Source of the DNA: the human T2T-CHM13v2.0 reference genome, Homo sapiens
DNA length: 64,000 bases
Reading direction: 5' to 3' (one strand)
NCBI RefSeq assembly: GCF_009914755.1
Contig: NC_060944.1
This document shows, in pieces, positions 33,062 to 45,240 of this stretch (positions within the stretch are counted from its first letter, which is position 1; the number at the start of each line of letters is the position of its first letter). The position numbers were made by a program, and so were the translations under genes. The notes beneath the pieces are model-generated. The model was given only the letters and a program-made list of their open reading frames with translations. It was not told where the DNA came from and made no database searches.

Positions 33062-35925
33062 GTAACCGGCCCGTCGAGTCCTGGGGGTGCGGGCGGTGGG
33101 GGTTAGGGTGGGGGCGGGGGTCAGGCTGTGTGTGCCGCGGCGCCCTCCGCCCGAGCTCCCGCCTCGCGCCCTCCCGGCCGGTGCCGCCTCCCTCCGGTGT
33201 CCGTGTGTACACACGCGCACACTCGCGCGCACTCCGGCGTGCACGCGCCGCCCCTGGGCACCTGCAGCTCGCGCACGTGTGGGCGCACGCCCCTCTCTGT
33301 TGCCCTCGGCACCCCGTCACCTTCTCCCGAGGCGGTGCTGCGTTCGCCTCGCTTGCGGCGGGGACCCCCAGGCGGCAGCCCCGGGCGCGGCACAAGTTCC
33401 TCTGCACCGCAGCTGGGACTTGGGCACTGCCGGCCTGGGTGTCCCGCGGACAGGTGCCCGTCGGCGGGCGCTCAGGCTGCAGCTGCCGCTGTGCCTCCGC
33501 GCTCCGTGCACCCTCATTTCTTTCCTTCTCGCCCCTGTCCCCCCAGCCCCCGAATGGCAAAGCGTACCCACCATCGGGTGTTTACCCCTTGTCTAGGTTT
33601 CCTTCCTTCGCTGCCGCAGCGTGACTTTTGAAACCTGGAACTCTAGGGGAGCCCTAAAACGAGCGTGTTGTCCGTGAGGATAAGTGCCTTCAGAGAAGTC
33701 TGAATGGGCTGTTCTCCCAACAGTGTGTTTCTCTGTATTCCATCCCCATTCATGGGCTGAAGTTGCTCAGAGTAAGATTTTGTGACTAATGTCACTCTGT
33801 ATGAACCCATCTCTGAATGTTGTGCGTATAAGGTTTATCTAAATCAGCTAGATTGACAGTGGCACTGATTCTTTAAGAAACACAAGTGTACGATCCAGCG
33901 TCTCCCACCAAGATCTCCCGCTTATCCCATCACAGTTTGGTAATATTCTAACTTGAGTGTCTCTGGCGTTTTTCACCCTCCTTTTCACACCTCTTTCCTT
34001 TTCATTCTTTAGCTATTTACAGAAATGTAGCAAAAACTTCTTGCACTCCTATTGCTAAAATAAACTAAAACCTGTATAGCAAGGGTGAGGTCTATTGAGG
34101 GTAGTGCGCATTTCTCCTGGTACCTCATCTTTACAAAAGGATATAGGGGTGACTAGGTATCAAGTTGATTTCCTTGTTAATAGTTCGTTAAAACCTGTAG
34201 ATTTTTATTGCAAGTCCCGGCCTTTATGAACACGAAGGCAAAACAGTGGAGGTAAGAAAGGGAATTAATGTGGAAAAAGAATCCACTATATAGGATCGGC
34301 TTCCACAATGCACGAACAAAGGCGTGAGGAGGGAATTTTTTTTTTCAAATTTACTGCAGGAAGATTTAATAATAGAACCGAACAACACAATTAAAATGAT
34401 CTTTAAAAATGTTGAAAGTTTAGTCATTTAATTATGTTTTAATAATTATGGGTTTATAGAGAGCTAACACTTCTGGTGTTATAAATCAAATGCTGTCGAG
34501 AGTAATAGCCTGATAGATAAAGTAGTGTAAAATAATTTTGCTTTGTTTTTTTCAGTAGTAGTTACTTTAGTTTCAACACACTTTCAACAAGGATTTGCCT
34601 TGTGAGCACTGAAAAATCATTTATGCCCATGTTTATTGATGATGCTGAAATGTTCGCTTTGTATAATTGATGATAATGAGGGCAAAACAGTGGAAGACAT
34701 AGACATTGTTTTCAGTAACATGAATCATTGATGAAATTATAGTGAGTACTTAAGAACTATTTTTCTGTCATAATAGAAAAACAGTGTTCCTCAAGTAATA
34801 ACGTTATAATGTTTCCTTCATTTAACATCTACACAGTTGGACTGTGACCAGCAGGCATTTTAGAATCTTTTTTAATGTCTTGATTTCTTTTCTTCTAATA
34901 ATGGAGAATATATAACCAATTTTTTTTCCTAAGGAAGCAAATGCACCATTAAATAAGGCAATTAACAAGTAATTATCCAAAACTAAGTTATTTTTGCATG
35001 AAGTTTAATGTTAAAGGAAAACGTTACTGCGATACGAAGACTTTAATGCATATCTCAGTGTTTCTTTTTTTCAGGATGTCTATGTTTGGAATATTTAAAT
35101 ATAAAATATATATTATACCCCCAAGGAAGAGCTAAGGATTTCTAGTACCATAGTTAGTATTAGAGAAGCTGATGGGATGCATGACCTTTTTCCTTTCAGC
35201 CCACTGGGAAGCTGATGGTATAGTATTTTTGCAGCTGTCCTTTAAAGCTAAAGGAAGGCTTACCTACCTCATTGAAATGTCAAGGCATTCTATAAACATA
35301 TTTTTAACTCAGTATACCATTTAATAAATAGGTCTGCCTACTTAATTGCTTGGTTCACAGAGAAAGGACTCATTGTAAAGGTGAAGCATTCTTTAAATAA
35401 AAGTTTTATGAAATGACAAAGAAAATGCATATATATTTGTGGCCTCCAGTATGTTTCATTGTTTAAACAAGTAATTAAGGAGTTCTGAAGACCACATATG
35501 TTTAAATAAACATGTTTGATCTAGTATTTTGAGTCCTAATTCAGAACCACTAATGTGCATTTTCAAGTATTGCAACTTATTTCATTGTTTTGTTTTAAAT
35601 TGATCTCGTTTTTAAGTGTTCACACTTCAACTTTTAAATAACTGGAACAACAGAGGCCAGGTTGCATTTCTGTATGTACCTTTTGACATTCACAAAAACT
35701 GTCAGTTGCTTCATAATGTCTTTTAACCTGCTCAGTAATATTGTAATAATTTTTTATTTGTGATCTGAGCTTTTTTAGCACTGCTTTGGCATACTGCTAA
35801 TCATCTCCCTTTTCTGCCTTTATGTGATAATTCTAAATTTACCATTCCCTTCAAGTTTCCTGTTCTCTCAAGACCCTATCCCCCATACTAAAGAGATGAC
35901 ATTGCCTTTTTAATTCACAGAGAAG

Positions 35926-36299
<374 letters not shown>

Positions 36300-36669
36300 T
36301 TACATGTCCTTTTGACTTTGTTCTATCTTAGAGGAAGGACTTTTCTTCCTTGTGTGTAAGATGAATCTTTCTGCTGTGCTCTTTATCCCATATCTTCTTT
36401 GAGTTCTTGCACCATCATGTATTCTTTCTTGGGTATGTTTAATTTCTTGGTGTCTTCAGGTTCCTCTCCATTGCCTGTAACAGTGCTCGGATCTCTTCCA
36501 CCTTAGAGTCACTTTTCTTTCATAGGGCTTCACGTGAACTTGGAGTTGCTGTTCTCACTTTCCTTCTTTTGCTCAGTCCTTCATTGTCTTCTGGATTTCC
36601 GTTATATTCTAATGAAACTAATGTTCCTGAAGTCATTCAGTAGTAACAGTCATGATAGTATTCATGTAA

Positions 36670-37020
36670 GAATAGTTAATATTTAAGCCCCATTTGTATG
36701 CTCAGTACTATTCTTAGTAGCTTACATGGATTATCTCATTTAATTCTCACAACAACCCTATGAGGTAGGAAACTATATGAGGCGAAATATTGTGAGGTTA
36801 AGAGCTTTGAATACCAGTTGCCTGGGTTTGAGTCCTACTTATACTGCTTAACTAGCTGTGGTACTTTAGGTAAGTTATTTGACGTTGTTTATAGTTTCCT
36901 TATCTATAAGTTGGGAATAATACCTGCCTACTTACCTCGAAGGGAAACTGAAACATAAAGAGGTTAAGTAACCTACAGATTTGCACCATTTAGATTACAA
37001 CTCAAACAGCTCTGTTAACC
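36670..37020. mobile_element. MIR SINEs (one apparently nested in another, opposite orientation)
   Basis: CTCATTTAATTCTCACAACAACCCTATGAGGTAG…[CCTGGGTTTGAGTCC…AGTTTCCTTATCTATAAG]…GGAAACTGAAACATAAAGAGGTTAAGTAAC. Confidence 0.65.
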
Positions 37021-37131
37021 ACTTTTCCTCTTTATTCCATGCTGTTGGTAACCACATTGATAAAAGCAGGTTAATGGCTAAGTAATTTTCACTTTTTCTG
37101 ACCTTCCTGTAGCAGTCTGTGGTATTTCCCT

Positions 37132-37335
<204 letters not shown>

Positions 37336-38799
37336 TTATTTCATTGTTTTCCTATTTGTGCCCACTTCCTAAATACTGTGTTTTGAGGTTTGATGCTTCC
37401 TTCCGTTCCCTCTTCTTTTTCCTTTAGGACTAGAATTTTAGGTTATATTTTCTAAAGTCTCTAGGCTAGACCACTCTTTAAATTTCCAGATTCTTGATTT
37501 CAACTTCTTCAATGTCCTATAGGTACCTTAAACTCAATTTTTGTGAATATGTCACCTCTGATTAAGATACCTTTTTTTTTTGTCTCCTAATATGGCTGAA
37601 GTTCTAGTTATAGGAGTGGGAAAAATATTGGTTCCCCATTTTCTGTTCACTTGTGCTTACATTAATACTTCTGTAGTTTATTTCTGTGAAATAGTCTTTT
37701 AAAGTGGTTATTTTTTGAAGGTTAGATTACCTTAAACTAGATACTAACTATCCCTGCATCCATTTATCTAAACTGCAGTACCTTGTGATACACTGAAAGA
37801 GAATTGCAGAGTATGAGAAATAACTGTCTCTCTCTCTCACTCTCTACATCGTGGAGACCATTGGTATGGTATGGGAGACATGAAAGCTGACATACAGAGT
37901 GAAGAAGCCAGTGTCAGTTTATACATTGAATATTGGTAAATATTTCTTCCTTGTTTAGGTGAAAAACGAATGTAAATAGAATTATTTGCATGTTTTCCTG
38001 TGTCCTAGTGGGTTGTTTTATACACCCTCTGGGAAATGCATAATCAACTTTCAATATTAGTAGTCTATAGGATAAAGGTTAAACTGCTCACTATGGCATA
38101 CAAGTCCCTGTACAGTTTTGTTTTACTTTTGTTTCCGGCTACTTTTCACTTCTGTGGCCATTCCTCTTCTCATACCATATCTTGCAGCTTCATTTAGTTA
38201 TAGTATTCATACCTCCTTTGTTTACATTGTTTTGTTAGTCTGAAATGTTCTTTTTACCTCTTCATGCAAAATTCTTCCTGTCCTTTGTGAAGCAGCATAC
38301 ATATTACCTTTTTCGGGGAGTTTTCCTGAGAATGTAGTGTAGTACAGTGGAATAAATAACATAGGGTGTAGTCTTTGATTAATGGAGATGTTTGTCTGAA
38401 TTTTAATTTTGGCTCACTTCCTGAAACCTCTCTTGCTTTGGGCAAACTACTTTGCTGTGCTTCATTTCCCTATCTGCAAAATTGGCATAATAATACTATC
38501 AATTTTATGAGTTATTAGGAAGATTATTTTAATGAGATATACATGTGAAGTACCTGGCCATAGTGAGTTCTTTATAAATGACATCCACTCTAATTCTAAG
38601 ATGCAATTTGTAAAATATTTTCATTTTATCGTCAAGATATATATATTTAAAGCAATTCTTATATCATCTACACAAAGCTGTAAGTAAATTGATAGTGCAG
38701 TTGAGGAAATATCTTGGTGGTTGCCTTTTTTTGTGCTCTTACTATTTGTACATACCTGTCTTAGCATTTTATTTATATAGATACTATTTTGTATCTTAC

Positions 38800-39235
38800 T
38801 GTGTTAGACTGTTCTTGCAGTTGCTGTAAAGAAATGCCTAAGACTGAGTAATTTATTAAAAAAAAGACGTTTAATAGACTCATGGTTCTGCAGGCAACAC
38901 AAGGATAGCATTGGCATCTGTTAGGTCTTCTGGGAGGCCTCAGGGAGCTTTTACTTACAGGGCAAGATGAAGCGGAGGGAGCTTTTACTTACGGGGCAAG
39001 ATGAAGTAGGAGCAGGCACTTCACGTGGCAAGAACAGTAGCACGAGAGGGTTGGGGGGAAGTGCCACACACTTTCAAACAACCAGATCTCACGAAAACTC
39101 ACTATCTTGAGGCTAGCACCAGGCCATGAGGGATCTGCTCCCATGACCCAATTACCTCCCACTAGACACCATGTCACACATTGGGGATTACATTTCAACA
39201 TAAGATTTCAGGGGATATATATCCAAACCATATCA
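38800..39235 (-). mobile_element. MST-family MaLR solo LTR
   Basis: TG…CA ends (TGTGTTAG / CCATATCA), MST motifs (CCCATGACCCAATTACCTCCCAC, TTGGGGATTACATTTCAACA); near 5-bp TSD CTTAC/CTTAT. Confidence 0.88.
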
Positions 39236-39538
39236 CTTATCCAGCATATCACCTGGCCCATAGTAAACTGTAGATGTTGCTTGAAAGTGTAAATGAGTTT
39301 ACTTATTTCTTGGACTATCATAAGAGAGTCTTCATCAGGCTTTGATTTTTTTCTCCCCTGGTAATATGAAATTTAACATTTTTTAACATTTAAATATGGA
39401 GTCACTGGATTTGCATTGTGTTCTTCAGGACTGTATCAACTCTTTTGTTAGCTTAACTTGGTTAATACTTAAAGTATAAAAATAATTCCCATGTTTAAAC
39501 GTTAAATACAAATGGAGATTCTGCTTTTATTTTGCAAG

Positions 39539-39655
39539 AACGTTTATTGAAGATGACCTTAGAAGAGAGACGCAAAGAATACCTAAGAGACTATATTCCC
39601 CTGAACAGCATTCTATCATGGAAGGAGGAGATGAAGGGCAAGGGCCAAAATGATG
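39539..39655 (+). CDS. MACROD2: MACROD2 coding exon 2 (117 nt; (E)RLLKMTLEERRKEYLRDYIPLNSILSWKEEMKGKGQND)
   Basis: Acceptor TTTTATTTTGCAAG|, donor ATG|GTAAGT; phase 1-1, in frame with exon 1; matches recalled MACROD2 sequence. Confidence 0.96.
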
Positions 39656-40796
39656 GTAAGTTTCTCGGAACATTTTTTAGGTAGATATTTTTCCCATTTT
39701 AGGACAATTGTTGACAGAAATGAATAACTGGCGTTCAATAAAGAGATTACTATTTTGCTATTTGAAATTATTGTTTGGTTGTGATTTAATTGTTTTTAGT
39801 AACCTACGGTGTTTTTTAAACTTAGGAAAGTATATTAACATAATTTGTGTTCTGAAATATACCACATTTATAATATGGTACTTTTTTTACAGGTCCTTTT
39901 TTATTTTTTCTATTCTGTAACAGTTCTTGGAGCAAATGCTATTAGAGATTTGCTGCTTTGGTGGTGTGGCCCTTTGAGTTTGCTTTAAGTTCATTTATAA
40001 TCGATTATCTTATGTTATTTTTAGGATTGGGGATACAGCTGAAAGAGAGAGTATATTAGGAAAAATAGAAAAACCAAAGAACATTTCTCATTTTAGAGAA
40101 TATATTTTGTATGATGTGTTATTATGTCTGTATGTAAAGTATTTGTATGACAGAATTTACTCTCAAAGTCTTTATGATTTGGTGGGAATCTAGATTATGT
40201 TAGAATATAAAGGAAGTTTTAAGGATTAAAAAGGTACGTGAAAAAGTTTCTAAAAACAACATAATAGATTTAATGGATGTTTAATATGCTTGTCTTTGAA
40301 TTAACACTCGTTGGTATTAATGATCTGGATGTGAAGTTTAGACAAACGGTGCTTCTTAAGGTGCTTAACAGTTGAGAAAGACTTTATGAAATGGACTTGA
40401 AACATGCTAATTTCAAAGGTTGTGGTCTTAGATCGATGGAACTACACCGGGTACTATGGGCCCAGAATAAAGACTAGCATGGAATTCCTATGGATAAAAT
40501 CTGAAGGGAAAGATTAGGCCTTGGTGTCTGTGAAGAGAACACATTGACCTGAGGATTTGGGTTTTAGACACAACTTTGTTTTTCTAGAAAGGCAAAGCAT
40601 GTGGGATTAGCAGTGAAAAGCTGTGGGTTCTTTTAGACCTTACGTAGCCTGGAAACGTGTGACCTTGGGCAAGCGGGGTAGCAGCTCTACCCCACGTTCT
40701 AATGGGGTCATTGGACAAGCTGATTGGGATGTGCACATCTGACCTGTCTGCCCAGTGTCTTCTGTAAATGCAAGTTGTTTTAAGAATGGTCTGATT

Positions 40797-41040
40797 CCAA
40801 ACTGATAAGATTGGCCTTAAGAAGCCCCTGCCTGATCACGTGAGCATCATGGAACCCAAAGATGATTTGCTGCCCACCACCCCGTCTCAGAACAGAAGGG
40901 TGGGAAGCCAGAGCCACCTGCATTGCCCTAGCCAGTCCCCACAGTGTAACAGGGTCTCCTTGGCAGCTGTATTCTGGAGTCTGGTTGTTGCTCTGTAAAG
41001 ACCTTTAATAAAATCTTGTACAAAGGTTAAAAAAAAAAAA
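40797..41040 (+). pseudogene. RPS3 processed pseudogene (5'-truncated: C-terminal CDS, 3' UTR, poly-A)
   Basis: Encodes [47 protein letters not shown], versus RPS3 [49 protein letters not shown]; frameshift and stop; AATAAA 41007-41012; A tail; TSD core GGTCTG 40788-40793 / 41041-41046. Confidence 0.93.
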
Positions 41041-41256
41041 GGTCTGGTTAAGACATCATTGAAAGAGAGGAGAGTGCTGTGTAATGAAAAGAATACAGGG
41101 CTAGAAATCAGGAGAACAGAATTCTGGTCCTCTGTCTTACCTAAGGCTATGTGCCTCTTCATGTTTGAGTCTCAGTAATTTCTTTTTTTGTTTATAAGCA
41201 ACTGGTATTGAATATTTCAGCAGCAGCACTATCTTCTTCTTTTTTTTAAATGGCTA

Positions 41257-41467
41257 CAGGTCGAGTATCCCTTATCCAAAATGCACAGGACCAGAAGTGT
41301 TTGGGGTTTTGGATTGTTTGGATTATACTTGCTGGTTCAGCATTCCTAATCCAAAATCCAAAATGTTCCAGTGAGCATTTCCTTTGAGCATTATGTTGGT
41401 GCTCAAAAAGTTTCAGATTTTGGAGCATTTGGGATTTTGAATTTTTGCATTAGGACTACTCAACCTG
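41257..41467. mobile_element. Tigger4a/MER46-like MITE
   Basis: TA|CAGGTCGAGTATCC…GGACTACTCAACCTG|TA terminal inverted repeats. Confidence 0.85.
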
Positions 41468-42850
41468 TAGTAAATGTTCCCCAAATTAGAAAAGAATACA
41501 TTGAATAGAATAACACCTAACATAGTTATCCTCTAACAAGATATTGCATGTTTAATCCTGCCTCCCAATATGAGCTTTATAAGTGGTTACAACTGCTCTG
41601 TGTGTTTCTTATTTTCCCCCTTATGCTGTTTTAAACTTGAAAGTCCTCCATGGGGAACAAGGTGATGTGATCAAAATTATATTTCTATTTTTCCTGAAAT
41701 GTTACTTGCTTCTCTCTGTTGTGACCCAGACTCTGGTGAATGGCCTCTTCCTTTTTCATGAAGTGGAATGGCTCATTTTACAAGTAATATTTGTAAATAT
41801 TTATATACAATACACATTTTTCATATGACTTTTTCTTGTGTTACCTATTCAGTGCTCAGTTATTAAAAAATATTAGTCAAGAGAGTTTTAGTGTTTTAAC
41901 AGTTTAAAAATCCTTTAAAAATATAAATTTACAAAAAATAATAAAGGAAAACTATACATATGGTTATATTTGAAACGTTTTAAGTCATTGCTTATACATG
42001 TATAAGTAGGTATTGATATTTATTAAATATGGGATTTTAAACTAAGTATTAAAAGAATTCTATAATTCCTTGTCACTTAGTTTCTAATTATAGGAAATGA
42101 ACAATATTTATCGGGTTAGAACAGTATATCAGTTTTAAATTTAATATCTTATCATTACTTACGTTTTTATAGAGGACCATTTTTGCCTAAATATTCCTGA
42201 GTACTTGAATAGTTCTTGAGCTATTGCTTTTAATTTTTTTCTTGCTTTGTTCAGATTTATTTTACTTTAACCAAATGCTTCTTGTTATTATAATACAATA
42301 GAAAGTTAAATAAAAAAGAGGGGAGCAGCCAAATATATTTGTAACAATTTGGATTTTAAGCCTTCTTGAAACAAAAGGAAACAAAATATTGCCAAGGAAC
42401 ACAAAATCAGTGTTTATATGGAAAGGGGGAAGCAAGTTTTATTTTGACTTACCCCTTTGGTAATATTGGAAAGCCATGGATTGGAAGAGGAAAGAATGGG
42501 AGATGATTACCAAAAAATAAAAATAAAAAAACCCAAAAAACAAAAACCCCATCCAGAAAAACCCATTAAATACATAATTTGCTTGCTGTTTATGTTCATA
42601 TTTATTAACTGTTGTTAGCTAATTTCTAGACTTACATATTTCTAATTCTTCCTCTGTGTTACCAATTATGTAATAATTCAATATCATTTGTCAGTTGCTA
42701 TGTTGTGGGGATTTTAAAATTCTTGTCTCTCCTATTGTACTGTCTCTAGCACCTGGAATGGTGCCTTATGGGTTGGTGGGGCTTAATCGTAAGTTAAATA
42801 AGAATGCCTGAAGAGTTAATAATCTACAAGGGACAATTCTTTCTCCAAAC

Positions 42851-43147
42851 TTTTTTTTTTTTTTGAGACTGAGTCTCACTTACTTTGTGCCCCGGGCTGG
42901 AGTGCAGTGGCGCGATGTGGGCTCACTACAACCTCCACCTCCTGGCTTCAAGCAATTCTCCTGCTGAGCTCCTGAGTAGCTGGGATTATAGATGCGTGCC
43001 ACCACGCCTGACTAATTTTTGTATTTTTTGTGGAGATGGGCTTTCACTGTGTTGGCCAGGCTGGTCTTGAACTCCTGACCTCAAGTGATCTGCCCATGTT
43101 GGCCTCCTAAGGTGCTGGGATTACAGACGTGAGCCACTGCACCTGCC
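42851..43147 (-). mobile_element. Alu SINE
   Basis: TSD TCCAAACTTTT. Confidence 0.95.
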
Positions 43148-43199
43148 TCTTTTTCCAAACTTTTAATGAGCATTTATAAATATATGTAAAGCTAGAATA

Positions 43200-43545
43200 C
43201 AGTCATGTGCCACAAAATGATGTTTTGGTCATTGACATCCTGCATATATGATGGTGGTCCCATAAGATTATAATACTGTATTTTTACTATGCCTTTTCTG
43301 TGTTTACGTAGGTTTAAATACACAATGACTTACCATTGTGTTATAGTTGCCTACAGTATTCTGTACAGTAACATGCTGTATGGGTTTTAGCCTAGGAGCA
43401 ATTGGCTGTACCATATAATCTAGGTGTGTATAGACTGTATACCATCTAGATTTTTGTAGTATACCTTACAATGTTTGCACAGCAATGAAATCACCTAACA
43501 ACGCCTTTCTCAGAACGTATTCCATTGTTAAGCAATGCCTGACTG
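43200..43545 (+). mobile_element. Tigger3a/MER7-like MITE
   Basis: TA|CAGTCATGTGCC…GGTGGTCCCATAAGATTATAATAC…GCCTGACTG|TA. Confidence 0.87.
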
Positions 43546-45240
43546 TAGCAATGCATCCATTACCCAGTTTCAACAGTTATTACACGGCCAATTTTATTTC
43601 ATCTATACCAGTGCTCCCTATACCTTCCCCCCAGACTATTTTGAATGAAATCACATATGTCATATAAATTTTATCTATAAATGAGTATCTGTGTATATGC
43701 ATATGTATGTATCTCTAAAAGATGGCATATTTTTGTTGTTTTACTAAAATACTATTATTACCTCTCACATTTAAAATTTAACTTAAAATTTAATTTTGAT
43801 ATAATTAAATATCCACTTAGTATTCATGTTTTTCCCATTGTCTCATAAAGGATTTTTTCTTTTACAATTGATTTGCTTGAATCAAGATCTAATCAAGGTC
43901 CATATATTGCATTTAATTGATTTGTTCCTTAAGTCACTTTTAATCTATAGTTACCTTTCTCTGTCCTTTTTTCCTTCCTCCCTTATAATTTATTTGTTGA
44001 ATACACTAGGCTGTCCTGCAGAATTTTTTATATTTTGAATTTTGCTTACTGCATCTCTGTGGTATCATTGAACATGTTCCTCTGTCCCCTTTATTTCTTA
44101 TGAGTTGGTAGTTAAATCCAGAGGTTTGTTCAGAGTGGGGTTTAAATTTTTTTGAAATAATGCTTTATAGATTATTGTACATCTTTTTGCATCATATCAC
44201 AGGGCACATAATGCGTCATTGTCTCCCTCAGTAGTGATAAGATTGATCCCTGGGTTCATGTATTGTCAGCTGAATATTGTCACTAAACTGTCTGGTGTAA
44301 AGTTCTCTGACAACCTTTTACCTAATGGTTTTAGCAGCCATTCGTGATTATTGCTTAGATCCATTACGTTATTAGGGGTTGCAAAATAGTGGTATGTGAA
44401 TTTTATCATTCCTTATTTATTTGTCAGACTTCTATAAAGAGGAACTTTCTGTTATTAAGTCTTTTATTATGCAGTACGGTTTATAAAGGAAAGCAGAATA
44501 AATGCCATATTTCCCTTATTTACTGATTTTCAGATTGAGTTCATTCCCTAAAATCCTCCACAGGTGACCAAAGAGTCCTTTTTTTAAAATTTTTGACTAT
44601 CATTTTCAATTTGCCCCTTCCTTCTCTCCTCTTCTCTGTCTCTTCCTCCCTCTTCCTCCCTCTCAACATGTATATTAAATGAGAATGTCCCAGTGGTTAA
44701 CAGTCTACAAAGGAGGCATATACGTGTGTGTTTGTGCATGCGCGTGCATGTATTTATAGCTCCCATATAAAATACATAGAATTACTAAACAATAGGCCCA
44801 GGATATGGTAGAAAGACAAAGGTAGATATATAAATGGGTGGATGGGTAGATATGATAGAAAGATGGCATTACTTCTTTGTTGAGACAAGAGTTCTAGTTC
44901 TTGGGTTTAATAGTTATGCCTTCTGTTAATCTCCTTTCCTACTACTGTGTTAAGGCTCCACTAGAATACCACCTAGAGAAGCAATGTTATTGTTACACTT
45001 TTTGGATGGAGTAGTGTTGGCAGAGACTCTGCCAGGCTTATGCTAATTTTCTCTGACTGGTTAGTATCAGGGAAAGCAGCTATGGCTATAAGTTTAGATT
45101 GTCTTTTTGAGTAATTACTTTTAATGTTTATACAGAACAGCAATAGGGGAAAAATAAAATAATAATGAGGATGAGTTAGGTGAAAATTATAAAATTATCT
45201 TATACTCAAGTATAAAATATTTTTAAAAATTGGTCATTTA

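Larger units (their letters stand above)
32380..33680. promoter_or_regulatory. MACROD2: CpG island / MACROD2 promoter and first exon
   Basis: Abrupt GC and CpG enrichment; GC boxes (CTCCGCCCCC), NRF1-like TGCGCCTGCGCG 32612-32623, NF-Y AGCCAATGGG 32686-32695; no TATA seen. Confidence 0.92.

Noticed and set aside
32745-33631. Long overlapping ORFs (271, 233, 169, 167 aa) on both strands of the CpG island
   Set aside because: Stop-poor GC-rich DNA giving low-complexity Arg/Pro/Ala/Gly peptides; only 33016-33061 is real coding sequence and the 233-aa ORF is read-through past the donor
33705-33777. ATG GGC TGT (MGCS…) followed by a GTAAGA donor as an alternative MACROD2 coding first exon
   Set aside because: Frame closes at TGA after 18 codons, before the donor; no other support
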